DNA of 64,000 nt from Octopus vulgaris (Eukaryota), in contig OX597830.1 of NCBI GenBank assembly GCA_951406725.2, forward strand, positions 57,288,001 through 57,352,000, in the 5' to 3' direction. Below are positions 52,684 to 64,000 of this stretch, piece by piece. The notes under the pieces were generated by a model. That model was not told the origin of the DNA. It saw nothing but the letters and a program-made list of their open reading frames with translations, and ran no database searches. Position 1 is the first letter of the stretch. Each line of letters opens with the position of its first letter. The translations under genes were made by a program, and so were the position numbers.

Positions 52684-55330
52684 TTGGCCACCACTGCCAC
52701 CAAGCCACCCATCATACCAACACCAACGCCATTTCTACTAATGAATATAAGAGGCTTGCTGCAGAACAGCAGTAAATGCAAAATTGAGCACCTGAAGAAT
52801 CTTTCTGCATGTAATCAAGCTATATGCATTGCACTTACAGAAACACATCTATCTGCAGACATAAATGATGCGGAGATACCCCATACCAATGTATGCTGTC
52901 TTCTGTACAGACAGAAGAAAAAGATGTCACTGTGGAGTTGCAATGTACATCCGAGAAGATGTCACACCATTAACCCTGTTATTGAACTGGAACACGGTGT
53001 GTGACACACTCATGGTACATCTAAAGCAACTTGATATAGTGATATGCACACTATATTGCCCACCTGATGCCTCAAATCATGATGGAAAATTTGAGGAAAG
53101 CCTCAGTGTGATAAAGGAAGTACTAACACAATTGGATCAACATATTCCAGATGGGTGACTTCAACTTCCCCAACATCAGGTGTCCTGAGGGCAATATAAC
53201 CCCACGAATGACACACTAAGAGCGAAATCAAGCAGAATCTCTACTTGATCTTACAAAAATGCTATTCATGGAGCAGATCATCCTCTCTCCAACCAGGCAC
53301 AAAAATATCCTGGACCTCTGTTTTACAAACAATGTGGAAATTATCCACAATGTAAATATATCACTGACAATATTCTCAAACCATAACATGATAGAACTGA
53401 CAATGTATGGCCCAGAATTAACTAAAGATAAACTCCACACAGATGGCACTCAAACCCTATCCAGCCTAAATTTCTATAAGGCTGACTGGAAGTCACTTGA
53501 AAAACAGAAACTTTAGCAGGACAGGCCTAAAAGCCTCTCTATGCAAGACATAGATATGAAACTCAATTAATTCATATCAATAATGCAAGCCATATGCATT
53601 AAATACATCCGAGAGAAGGGAGCCAATACACAAAAAAACATCATTCCCCAAGACAGGAGAATACTCATGCAGCGGAGAATAAAGATCTCGAATCATTTCA
53701 ACAAACACATCAATGACAGTGGGAAATCCCAGCTGACAGAGATGGAAAATAAACTCAAAATCTCCCATGGAAAAAAAAGAGAGGAAAATCCTAAAGCTTT
53801 CTACATGTTGGCAAAGGAGTCTGCCTCAGTATGCTATAAGATAGGGCCACTATTTGGCAAAAATGGCTCACTAAATGCAGACCCAGGGAAGATAAGTGAA
53901 GCACTAAATAAACAATTCCAAAGTGTTTTCACTTTTTCCCTCTGGAAAATATGCAAATAAACAAGCCGAAGGAGTTTTTCAATGTAATTAATCTATTTCG
54001 AAAAGAGGCAACCATCGATTACATCAACATAACAGAAGAGGATGTAATATTGGCCATTGATGAGATGAGATCGAACTCAGCAACAGGCCCAGATGGACAC
54101 CCAGCTGTTCAACAAGGTGGGAGAGTGCTGCATGATTTTCCAAAGGGCAGGAGTCAGACAGCTCTAGCCAATGATGCTCACTCTAAAGAGGAACCAATTC
54201 TCAGTGAAGTCCCACAAAGAGCTGTACTGGGACCACTACTATTTGTGGTGGCCCCCTCAGACATGCCATCTACAGTACAGTCAGCCAATCTGACCAGTTA
54301 TGCTAATGACACCAAAGTATTGCAGGCAGTTAGGAACCCAGAGGACACCATAAAACTGCAGAAAGACCTGAACGAAATATACAAATGGGCTTACAAAAAT
54401 AACATGCAGTTCAAGGCTATGAAATTTCAGGCACTCCACTATTGGTCAAACATCAGGCTAAAATCGGAATACAGTGGACCAGAAGGTAATACTATCCCAG
54501 AGTCAAAGTCGGTGCATAACCTGAGGGTTCACATGAGCAATGATGCAACATTCCATGTGCATATTACCAAGATGGCAACACTGTGCAGGCGAGTGGCTGG
54601 ACGGATTCTGAGGACATTCAAGAACCAGGAAAAGGGAGGGGCCCTGCTACCCCTACGGAGTACTTTTGTTCTCAGCTGCCTGGACTACTGCTCTCAACTA
54701 TGGTCCTCAGAGAGAGTGAAACAAATTGTGGAACTCGAAGCAATACACAAAGAAGATTGACACGATGCAAAAGATGAGCTACTGGGAGAGGCTAAGGGAG
54801 CTGAGTCTTTATTTCTGGGAGAGGCTAAGGGAGCTGAGTCTTTATTTCTGGGAGAGGCTAAGGGAGCTGAGTCTTTATTTCTGGGAGAGGCTAAGGGAGC
54901 TGAGTCTTTATTTCTGGGAGAGGCTAAGGGAGCTGAGTCTTTATTTCTGGGAGAGGCTAAGGGAGCTGAGTCTTTATTTCCTGGAGAGAAGAAGAGAGAG
55001 ATATGCAGTGATATATATATTTGGAAGATCTTAGAGGGTTTAGCTCCCAATTTTGGAATTGACAGCTATACCAATCCTCAAACTAGACAGCACTGCTTCA
55101 CACCAAAGATCCCATCTTCCCCATCTAAAATAAGGACTCAGTACTGAAATAGTCTGGGTTTCGAGGGCCTGCAATTGTTCAACATCCTTCTAGGCAACCT
55201 TAGAGATCTACATGGTATTGATGTGGAAGTTTTCTGGACAGGTTTCTCTCTGTGGTACCAGATGAACCCACATCACGGCAGGAGACGCAAAGAAGTGTAA
55301 CTCCATCCAGAAACCGGAAACCATACCAAA
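52684..55330 (+). mobile_element. CR1/L2-clade LINE ORF2 (APE endonuclease + RT), frameshifted, RT internally deleted
   Basis: MNIRGL, ALTETHL, GVAMYI, GDFNFP, PTR.KNILDL, NFYKADW, VPQRAVLGPLLF, YANDTK, LQKDL..IYKWA, LDYCSQLWS. Confidence 0.9.
54782..54979 (+). repeat. Perfect 33-bp tandem repeat x6 inside the LINE
   Basis: CTGGGAGAGGCTAAGGGAGCTGAGTCTTTATTT, encoding WERLRELSLYF. Confidence 0.95.
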
Positions 55331-55472
55331 TAACTACAGGTGGTGCACCAGCATGACCTCAGCTCTGGGCTGAAACCAGTAAAAAATAAACGATACATAT
55401 ATATAGGAGTGTGTGTATATATGTGTGTGTTTGTGTGTGTGTGTGTGTGTGTGCACACACACACACACACAC

Positions 55473-55503
<31 letters not shown>

Positions 55504-56091
55504 TTACACACATATATATTAGTAACTGGGGCAGTGATGGATTCATCCTTATCATTTAATGGCCATTTTCCCGGATGGCATGGGTTCAATGGTCTGACAG
55601 GAGCTACCAAACCAGAGAGCTGCACCAGGCTCCAATTGTCTGTTTTGGCATGATTTCTATGGCTGGATGCCCTTCCTAATGCCAACCACTTTACAGAGTG
55701 GACTGAGTGCTTCTAATCTAACACCATCACCACCAGAGCTTTATTCATGGCACCGGCACAGATATGAACTTACAAACAGTCAGACCAAAATGCTAAAAAT
55801 GATTGTAATATAAAAGAGTAGACACAAAAAAAAAAAAAATCAATAAAGAACTCTTAAATATTTCTGTATAATGAGCAGATGTCTCAGGGTCACAAGCATT
55901 TCACCCCTTAGCCTGTAGCTTCACCTGAGTGGCACAGCAAGGCCTGAACTAGTCTTAACCTATAGAAGGGTTTCATTTACAGTCTCTTCTCAAAAACAGC
56001 CATCTATTTAAATGTATCAGATGTGTAAGTCCATTCTGATGTAATAAAAGTCTTGTTTTTCAATAAAAATAATTTAATAATTTAATTATTT

Positions 56092-56315
56092 GCATTATTT
56101 ACATTTGATGGATATTTGTCCTCATCTTGTTTGTTGTTAACACAACATTTCGGCTGATTTACCCTCCAGCCTTCATCAGGTGTCTTGGGGAAATTGCGAA
56201 CCTAGGTTCTCATTCCTATGGTATTTTTCAATGATATTATTATTATGGTCACTGCCTGGAATCAAACTCGGAATCTTGGGGTTAGTAGCCCACTCTTAAC
56301 AATGCCATATGCCCA
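56092..56315 (-). mobile_element. Family H SINE, near full length: tRNA-like head + hammerhead
   Basis: Minus strand GGCATATGGC...GTTAAGAG.GGGCTACTAACCCCAAGATTCCGAGTTTGATTCCAGGCAGTGACC, (AAT)n spacer, then hammerhead. Confidence 0.85.
56139..56184 (-). ncRNA. Minimal type I hammerhead ribozyme
   Basis: GACAC CTGATGA A GGCTG...CAGCC GAAA TGTT GTGTT. Confidence 0.75.
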
Positions 56316-57244
56316 TGAGCACATGGCGTAGTGATGAACTTTCTTATCAAACTCAGTCGTGAATTTGCCAGCAAAGAACAAAATAATTTTTTTACAGTGA
56401 CAAATGTATCAGGTTCTTATAAATATTCAACTTGATTTTCTTTGCTATTTTGAAAATACAGGAATCTATTTTTTAATTCTAAAGTAAATTTATACTTTTG
56501 CCTTGGTAGTGTTTTTAAAGTTGGGAAACAAAATGTATCAGTGGAATATTTCTGTAATTCTCAGGATACAGGGCAGACATTGAGACATTCTTCACTTTTT
56601 TGGCACATCGTAAACAGTTAAGTAACACCATTTAAAACAGCTTGCTGCACTTGCGCGCTGACAATTAATAAACCATGCACCTCTCCACAAAACAAACATT
56701 GGTTACTTTTGTATTTGTATAAAAACATTGCTGAAAAATGCTTTCCCAGTCATAAAACAACAATCAAAACTAAATTATCAGAAATTATATATAGTAGTGG
56801 TGTTATAGAAAAAAGATGTTTCACACATCTAGACATAGCTTAACCGTAGTTAAATAAAGACTGGTGAACAATTAATAGAATAGATTTGCCAGGAATATGG
56901 CTCATGTGAATCCAAGTAGACTAGTCATTAGTAAATGTGATAGTACTGTTAAAATTTTTTTTTAATTCATTGTTGCCAGTATGGAAGGCAGACATTAAAT
57001 GGTAATGATGGTGATGAATATTTAAAAGCAAGACAGAATCTTAGAACGTTTTCTTGTTAGAAATTATTTTAGTCTAAGCAATTTATGGAATGGTATACCC
57101 ATCCCACCACCAAATCTGACAATTTTCTTGCAACTTCTCAAAGATGTTGCAATATTTCCCTCTGAGAGATACTGCAGAAACATCCAGCTCCCCAGGGTAT
57201 CTTTACAAACACTCCCACCTTACCACAACTCATGCAACAAGAGA

Positions 57245-57465
57245 TAGTTTCTGCTGGTAACAAAGGGGTTCTCCCTCAGAATGATGGGCAGATTGTATGA
57301 AGCGACTGAGTCAAATGAGACGGTACATTGCAAGGAGGCATGGGTCTTGAATGCAAAGGATCTGAGAAGATGAGAAGGAAATGAAGTGAGCCTGCTTTGC
57401 AGGACGGGCAAAACTGGTGTGCATGAACAACTGAACAAATAAGTGGAGGCAAAAACTAAATCATA
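57245..57465 (+). mobile_element. RTE-clade LINE fragment
   Basis: LLVTKGFSLRMMGRLYEA...EAWVLNAKDLRR*EGNE.SLL. Confidence 0.7.
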
Positions 57466-57494
57466 AAATGATGCAGGTGTGTTATTAATATTTC

Positions 57495-58307
57495 TAGAGG
57501 GTTGTTATTGAAAATATCAACATTAGCAGATAATTTAGATAATCTAAATGAAATATTCTTTACTAAGTTTTTAGTAATTGCTCCAGGATGATTACTAAAT
57601 TTGCTAATGTACTTAAGATTGGTCAACGGTTTACGATATGGGAGGTAAGAGTCACTGTGTAAATTAAGTGTAATATCTAAAAAGTTGGCCTTCGTCATAT
57701 CGTCATCAAAAACGATTTTTAAGCCCATTCTACTGAAAAAATTAACTAAACTATTCTTAACTTTTTGTACCTTTTGGTTGGAAACATTTTGGAGGTAAAG
57801 TAAACAATCATCATGATATAGACCTCCATAAATGTTAGGGAACTCTTCAGCCATTTCAAAAAGAATATATATACAGACCACATCAGCTATCTGTGCTGAA
57901 TCAGCACTTCCCATTGGTATATCGAAACTATCTGGTGTGTCTTTACGGACCCACAACTTATCATCAAATTTAATAATAGATCTTCTGGCTGCCAACACAA
58001 CATTAATTTCTTCTCGGGTGAGACCAGCTTTGTTATGAGCAAGCCAAAGTGCCTTATTAAGTACTATTGGATTGATAGATGAATAAAAATTGGAAATATC
58101 AAACTGGATAAACTTAGTACTCACCTTATTGTTAATAGAACTAAACCAGTCAACTACTTCAAACGAATTAGTCCATAAACTAAGTTTTAATGTTTTGATT
58201 AAATTAGGAATATATTTATCTAGTATATTTTTACTAAGGATACCGATGTCAGAGCTAGAAGGGCAGATAAGCCTTAATGATGGGTTAGTAAAAAAATTTC
58301 TATCCAT
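57495..58307 (-). mobile_element. Naiad-like Penelope reverse transcriptase (inverted segment)
   Basis: RLICPSSSDIG, W.NS..V.DWF, FDISNFYSSI, FDIPMGS.D.A, GLYHDD, NFLDITLNL, PYRKP, YISKFSNHP. Confidence 0.9.
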
Positions 58308-58577
58308 TACTCAACATTTAGGGATAGAAATAAATGGAATAGTACCGGTCTCAGCAAACTGATTTGGGATTTAAAAGACCACAATGAACAATTTCATTTA
58401 GAATGGTTGATTCTCTCAATTTCGATACCATATGACAAAGGCAAGAAATTCTGTCTTCTCTGCAATTCTGAGCTATTTTTCATTATTTTTTCTAAAAATA
58501 CTCTAGTAAACACAGTTATAGAGCGAGCATACAGATGTAAGCATTGACAAAAACATACATTTAGTGCATATAAGTAG
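58305..58577 (+). mobile_element. Naiad-like GIY-YIG endonuclease C-terminus (not in ORF track)
   Basis: HYSTFRDRNKWNSTGLSKLIWDLKD...W.IL....PYDKGKKFCLLCNSE...RCKH*QKH...*. Confidence 0.85.
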
Positions 58578-58778
58578 TCTCTATCATTATATATAATTTA
58601 AACTTTAATTTCCTTTATATTTAACATTCACTATTAATATCCCTACTCTTTCTGTTAGCTACTTATGACGTTATATCATATAACGTTTTTTTAAACAATA
58701 TTAATAGCGTTCAGTTAATCACTATACAAATCCATCATTTTTTGCTAAAATATCTTATTGACGAGTTTCGTTTTTTTC

Positions 58779-58862
58779 ACTTTCTTGAGGAGAAGATTGC
58801 ATTGTTTATACCATTTATTCTTTTGAATAGTATCAGTGGAATTTTCGAAACGTGTCGAAAGT
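58779..58862 (+). ncRNA. Type I hammerhead ribozyme in the Penelope 3' terminal region (C3U variant)
   Basis: ACTTTC TTGAGGA GAAGATT...AATTTTC GAAA CGTG TC GAAAGT; long stem II, GUC ending 58856. Confidence 0.7.
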
Positions 58863-58901
58863 AAAAATATTTGATTACACCTGCGTTAACTTCATTTTTT
58901 A

Positions 58902-58961
<60 letters not shown>

Positions 58962-59097
58962 AAACATAATCTAATAGGGTAATAAAATAAATTATTATTA
59001 CCAGTGGCCTAGCACAAAAGACGAATTAGTCATTAGACTATATATTTTTCGTATAGAAATATAATAAACAGTCTGTGCATCTAGGATTATGAAGGCT

Positions 59098-59174
59098 TCC
59101 CACTGAAGACCCTGGCCTGGCAAATATATTCTGTGTGTTTGCTAAAAAATAGGTAGAAACCGTTCGGTCTGGGA
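59098..59174 (+). ncRNA. Type I hammerhead ribozyme
   Basis: TCCCA CTGAAGA C CCT...AGG TA GAAA CCG TT CGG TC TGGGA; GUC ends 59169. Confidence 0.85.
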
Positions 59175-59535
59175 TTTAGCTGAGATGGTAAATGTTTTTA
59201 ATTTTCATTCCTTTCATGAATTTATCCATTTTTGTGTTTCTAACACTACGCTTCCTTATTTGGAAGCCTTTTATTATATTTCTATACAAAAAATATATAG
59301 TCTAATGACTAATTCGTCGTTTGTGCTAGGCCACTGGAAATAGTAATTTATTTTATTACCCTATTTGATTATGTTTAAATATTGCTTGATAAATTTGTTC
59401 GTAAATTTTTACCGGCATCCTCTCTGTTCGCCGGGTATGATTTGCGTCTGCGCAGAGGTTTGAAAAGTTAGGATATACAAACCGTTAGATCTATATGTGC
59501 TTCTAACAGTCTGTGTGTCCAGGATTACGAAGGCT

Positions 59536-59611
59536 TCCCACTGAAGACCCTGGCCTGGCAAATATATTCTGTGTGTTTGCTAAAAGGAGGTAGAAACCGT
59601 TCGGTCTGGGA
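59536..59611 (+). ncRNA. Type I hammerhead ribozyme (second tandem copy)
   Basis: Same motif as 59098-59174; GUC ends 59606. Confidence 0.85.
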
Positions 59612-59739
59612 TTTAGCTGAGATGGTAAATGTTTTTAATTTTCATTCCTTTCATGAATTTATCCATTTTTGTGTTTCTAGCACTACGCTTCTTTATTTGG
59701 AAGCCTTTTATTATATTATATATATGTATATATACATAA

Positions 59740-60830
59740 TATTAATAATAATAGTAAGGGAATATAATTCCAAACTTACAGGGAAAAACTCAATTTAGCA
59801 ATTCTAAATCAAATTTCATGATATATAATATATGTATATAATTTAGAGAAATAACCTCTATTAAGCAATTCAATAGTGAAAGACATTATCAATATTAAAT
59901 AGAAAAAATTAAATATACTATAATAAATATTATTTAAAAAATCAATAAATTAAATAAATACGCCCTATTGGGCAGTTTTTAAGCTAGCTCCTATGGAGGG
60001 CTCTTCATTAAGCCTTGGGCCCAACAATGACACTTTATGCATTGAGTACATATTAAATTTTATTAAACTTGAACAATATTTTTCAAGCAATGAACAATTT
60101 TCATCAAAACAAGGATATAATTTGTCAACTTGGAACTTATTGTAAAGCTTCATGATAAACAACATATTTTGTCGTCCCATTCGAGGAACAGTACAAATAG
60201 CTCATTTTCATTCCCTACCCTTGAACAACCAACTGGCAACAATAAACTTACCTTTTAAAAGTCCAACGATAATTCTTCTGCCACCATTAATTTAAAGATA
60301 ATTTGATATATGTCGGGCCTTACTTTTCGTACAAACAATTATTTGTAGTATCTGGTACATATCTAAACCCCTGCTCATAGTTTGATGGAAAATTACACCA
60401 CTGTCGCTAAAAACTATTTTAAAGTGCGATTCTTATGGTTTGGAATTACTCTAAATGTATTTGACCATAAAGATGTTTGAAATTTCATATTTTTTAGTAT
60501 TTTTTTAAGGTAATAACAAATTTAGTCAAATCTATTTTCATGCAGTCAGAGTGTGCTAAGTTTCTATAGCTCTGACAGCCAATGGCTTGAAAACAGGTCT
60601 GCCAAATTTTTTTAATATCTGAAAAAATACTAAGTTTCCAACATTCTTATGGTAGAGAGTTGTGAAAAGTAATATTGTATGAGAGAGTGAGTTCAATATG
60701 TATTTCAGTTCCAAACATTATGGTTAAATTACTTGATACAGTTATAATATTTAGAGAAAGATTCTTTCAAAATGTTTATTTAGGAAATTACTTTTGGAAA
60801 TATTTATAATATTTAGATAAATATTTTTTT
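59740..60830 (-). mobile_element. Longer, older relative of the 43960-44415 element
   Basis: AGGGAATATAATTCCAAACTTACAGGGAAAAA and TTAGAGAAATAACCTCTATTAAGCAATTCAA match its 3' end; right boundary uncertain. Confidence 0.55.
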
Positions 60831-61219
60831 CAAAATGTCAGGATTAAGAAAAATCCAAGAATGAAAAATAGAAGAGTCATTGAATAGTGAGAGAGAGGTA
60901 AAGCATGAGGAATAGTAGAAGTGTCATTGAATAGTGAGGGGGGGGTCAGATGAGTAAAGTTGAAAAAGTGTGACACACTGACACATGTTTTTGCATTTAT
61001 TATTATTATAAATATATATGTATATATGCACATATATATATATATATATATATAACTATGTGTGTATCTTTGTGTCTGTGTCTGGTCCTACCACCATTGC
61101 TTGACAACTGGTATTGGTGTGTTTACATCCAAGTAAAAAAATTTCAGGGTGCTGCTCTAGCATGGCCACAGTCTAATTACTGAAACAAGTAAAAGATAAA
61201 ACATAGCAGGAAAAAGGTT

Positions 61220-61435
61220 GAGAGAGAGAGAGGTGTATTGGTATGAATGAACATGTGATGCACTTGGAGGAAGGCATTCCACATACAAGAACTGAATGGA
61301 ACTGGTGGAAGACAGAGAGCAAGGAAGATCTGAGATGAAGTGATGAAGACAGATCTAAAGCTATTACACGTCATGAAGGGGATGACAAAGGACCGCAAAT
61401 GACCGATAGCTTCCTGTGTTGGAGAAGAACCATTT
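61220..61435 (+). mobile_element. RTE-clade LINE 3' fragment
   Basis: HVMHLEE...GTGGRQRARKI*DEVMKTDLKLL...MTKDR. Confidence 0.7.
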
Positions 61436-61771
61436 GCCTGACCAAGACATAGACATGAAAATTATATTTCTATAAATACCAAAATGTATTGTAAGACCTA
61501 TGTATATGTATGTATATTTTCCTATTGTCTAATCTACACCATTGAACCCTTAATACCTCTCATCCCACTAACACCCATATCTGTCATCTCTCACACTACA
61601 TACCCCTATCATTTGTCTCTCACCCTTTCTAATGTCACCCTTGCCCCTTCCACCCGTACCTTCATCTTTCTTGTTTCCTGCACCCATGCTTATATTACTT
61701 ATCTCTCAACCACTCCCTCTAATAGCTACTGCAATGTACCATGCTGTCAGTGTGACTATAGACAGCAGTGG

Positions 61772-61836
<65 letters not shown>

Positions 61837-62763
61837 GTTCACCATACATTGCACTCCCTTGTCCATGCTGTTGTTACTCATCATCTGTTGACTATATATT
61901 GCATTTTCTGTGCCCTTGCTTGTTGCTCGGCTCTCAGACACTCCCTCTGCAATTCTCACTGGCCAACAACGTTTTCAGAGTGACAGAGAAATGGATCCCT
62001 TGTGTTTGTTATAGCTTTGTTGCCATTCAGTGTACGTAAGGATGCCACTGCACCTATTCTGACCTTCTTCCCCCATCACTCCCCTGCGCAGCTCACTAGC
62101 ACAGGACCTACCAACTTTCACCCTGCCACCATCCTCTCCATCCAACCCAAATGGCTACACAACACCAGTTCACTGACCCTTCACTTCCCCCCCCCCCCGT
62201 CATCAGCTCCATGTGACTGTCTGCCAGAACATTGTTACTCCTTTTCCCCTCACTCATCCTGAGCTTCTGTCATCATTATCTCCTGGCTAACATAACTTCT
62301 GTCCATGTGACCCAGGAGAGACATGGGGGTTTGAACTCCCTTTACTTGTGTCCAGGTTATCGCTACCACTTCAGCGTGCCCTCCAGCGTATGATGCTGAG
62401 ACAACTCTCTAGACTTGCTGGTGACATACAAAGTAGAACCCAATCAATTTTGTAAAAAGGTGTTAGAAAGGGCATCCAGCCATAGGAACCATGCCAAGAA
62501 TGAAAGGCAAATGAGATGTCTCTCAGCTGTCTGGGTGCACAGCAACCTTCAGATACATTCTGATTGACTATGGCAACCCATCCACCTAACTCATGCCCAC
62601 ACAGAGAGATGTAAAGAGATGACAATGATGATAACGCACACACACATACCTATAGACAGATGCATACATAAATATATATTAAAATACAAACACACACATA
62701 TATAAACATAAATTTATATACACAAATATGCACATACACACACACACACACGTATATAAATAC

Positions 62764-62899
62764 AACAGGCTTTTTCCAGTTTCCATCCAAATCTACTATA
62801 GCCTGGGACCAGAGAAGACATTTACCCAAGGTACCATGCAATAGGACTGAACAGAGAACCATGAGGTTGGATGGCAACCACACAACCACACCTGCACCC
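62764..62899 (-). mobile_element. SINE family A, 5' part
   Basis: GAAGACATTTACCCAAGG...GGACTGAAC...CACCTGCACC. Confidence 0.7.
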
Positions 62900-63829
62900 A
62901 TATTATCATCATCATTTAATATCCTCTGTTCCATGATGGCACAAGAACAGAATGAGCCAGGGGGACTTCACCAGATTCTAAGTCTACTTTGGCATAGTTT
63001 CCAGCACAGTGAGATCACTATGTGTGTGTGTGTGTGTGAGTGTGTGTGTGTGTGTGCATGTGTGTGTGTGTGTACATATAGACACACTTACACATACACA
63101 TGCATAATCTTAATCCAAAGATAAGGCAACCAATATTCAATAAAGTACTCAATATATATTTCAATGTACAGTTTATATTTGTATGTGGTTCTGTATCTGA
63201 TTCCAGCATAGCAACAGAATTCAAATGTAATTAAATTTATACATAGACTCGTCTACATATAAATACACACATATACACAGATGCAGATATATATATGTGT
63301 GTATGCATGCATGCATATATATATATATATACAAATATATATACATATATATATATACATATATACATATATATATAAATGAATGTGAATACACATGCAT
63401 ACCAACCTACAAATGGGCCTCAGTTATGCAATCTAAACACAGTAGAAAAGAAAAAAATTTTTTAAAGGTTAAGTAAACAAACAGACAAACAAATAAATAC
63501 AAATTACACAATTTTATCGAATTGGAACAATAATCTGTGTAATCTGACATTGCTCGTTGGCTTCCAGGGTAACTGATAGCTGATCTTTTATTTCCACCTG
63601 AAACCTAATGTTATAATCAATGTTTATAGCCTGATACCACAACTACCTCTGGATGCTTGTTCAATAGGTGACATACTCTGCATACAATACCAAATGCATT
63701 TTTGGTTCACACACACACATACTTACATATGCATATCCTTCTATATATATAGATAGATACACACACACACACACACACATACACAGAAAATGAGAGTCAG
63801 AGAGATTCGTAATCCTATTCACTTCATTG

Positions 63830-64000
63830 TTCTCACAAAAATTTTATTCTTGCTTGTTGGCATGGAAATATCTCATGGAAACATGTTGGATTCCAGTATA
63901 ATTCTTTGAATTTGACCAAAGGCATTTCCTACTTTGCAATCATTGTTTGAAGCATCTAACGTGTATCCATGCGTCCAGCTTTAGCGGAGAAAAGCAAAAT
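63830..64000 (-). mobile_element. Possible RTE RT fragment
   Basis: CKVGNAFGQI...DISMPTSK resembles the RI.KA..AFG.L motif. Confidence 0.4.

Larger units (their letters stand above)
58962..59717 (+). mobile_element. Tandem hammerhead retroelement (retrozyme-like), ~437-nt unit, with inverted partial copy
   Basis: Direct repeats 59067-59280 / 59505-59717; inverted repeat 58962-59068 / 59270-59376; (TA)n flanks. Confidence 0.85.

Noticed and set aside
58545-58700. In-frame TGA in the Naiad endonuclease plus an ATGA hairpin as a selenocysteine/SECIS signal
   Set aside because: The TGA follows CKH and does not replace a conserved Cys; the hairpin lacks the opposing GA quartet and AA loop

Overview
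Eukaryotic, AT-rich, microsatellite-dense window. The SINE families and the single-exon C2H2 gene suggest an octopus (coleoid cephalopod) genome; this is an inference. There is one credible protein-coding gene: an 803-aa zinc-finger protein on the minus strand (30792-33203) with a periodic QLDF-like N-terminal repeat. The rest is mostly transposon-derived: tRNA-derived SINEs, RTE, CR1/L2, R4/Dong and Tx1-like LINE remnants, mariner, Tc1 and piggyBac MITEs, and a Helitron. Almost all other listed ORFs are microsatellite artefacts. The most notable signal is a set of type I hammerhead ribozymes (CUGANGA...GAAA cores) in at least four different element contexts: a tRNA-head SINE with a 3' hammerhead (4 copies), a tandem ~437-nt retrozyme-like unit, a fold-back element in (TA)n, and the 3' end of a Naiad-like Penelope retroelement. 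Two Naiad-like RT/GIY-YIG remnants lie in the same window. All alignments and folds were done by eye, and repeat boundaries are approximate.
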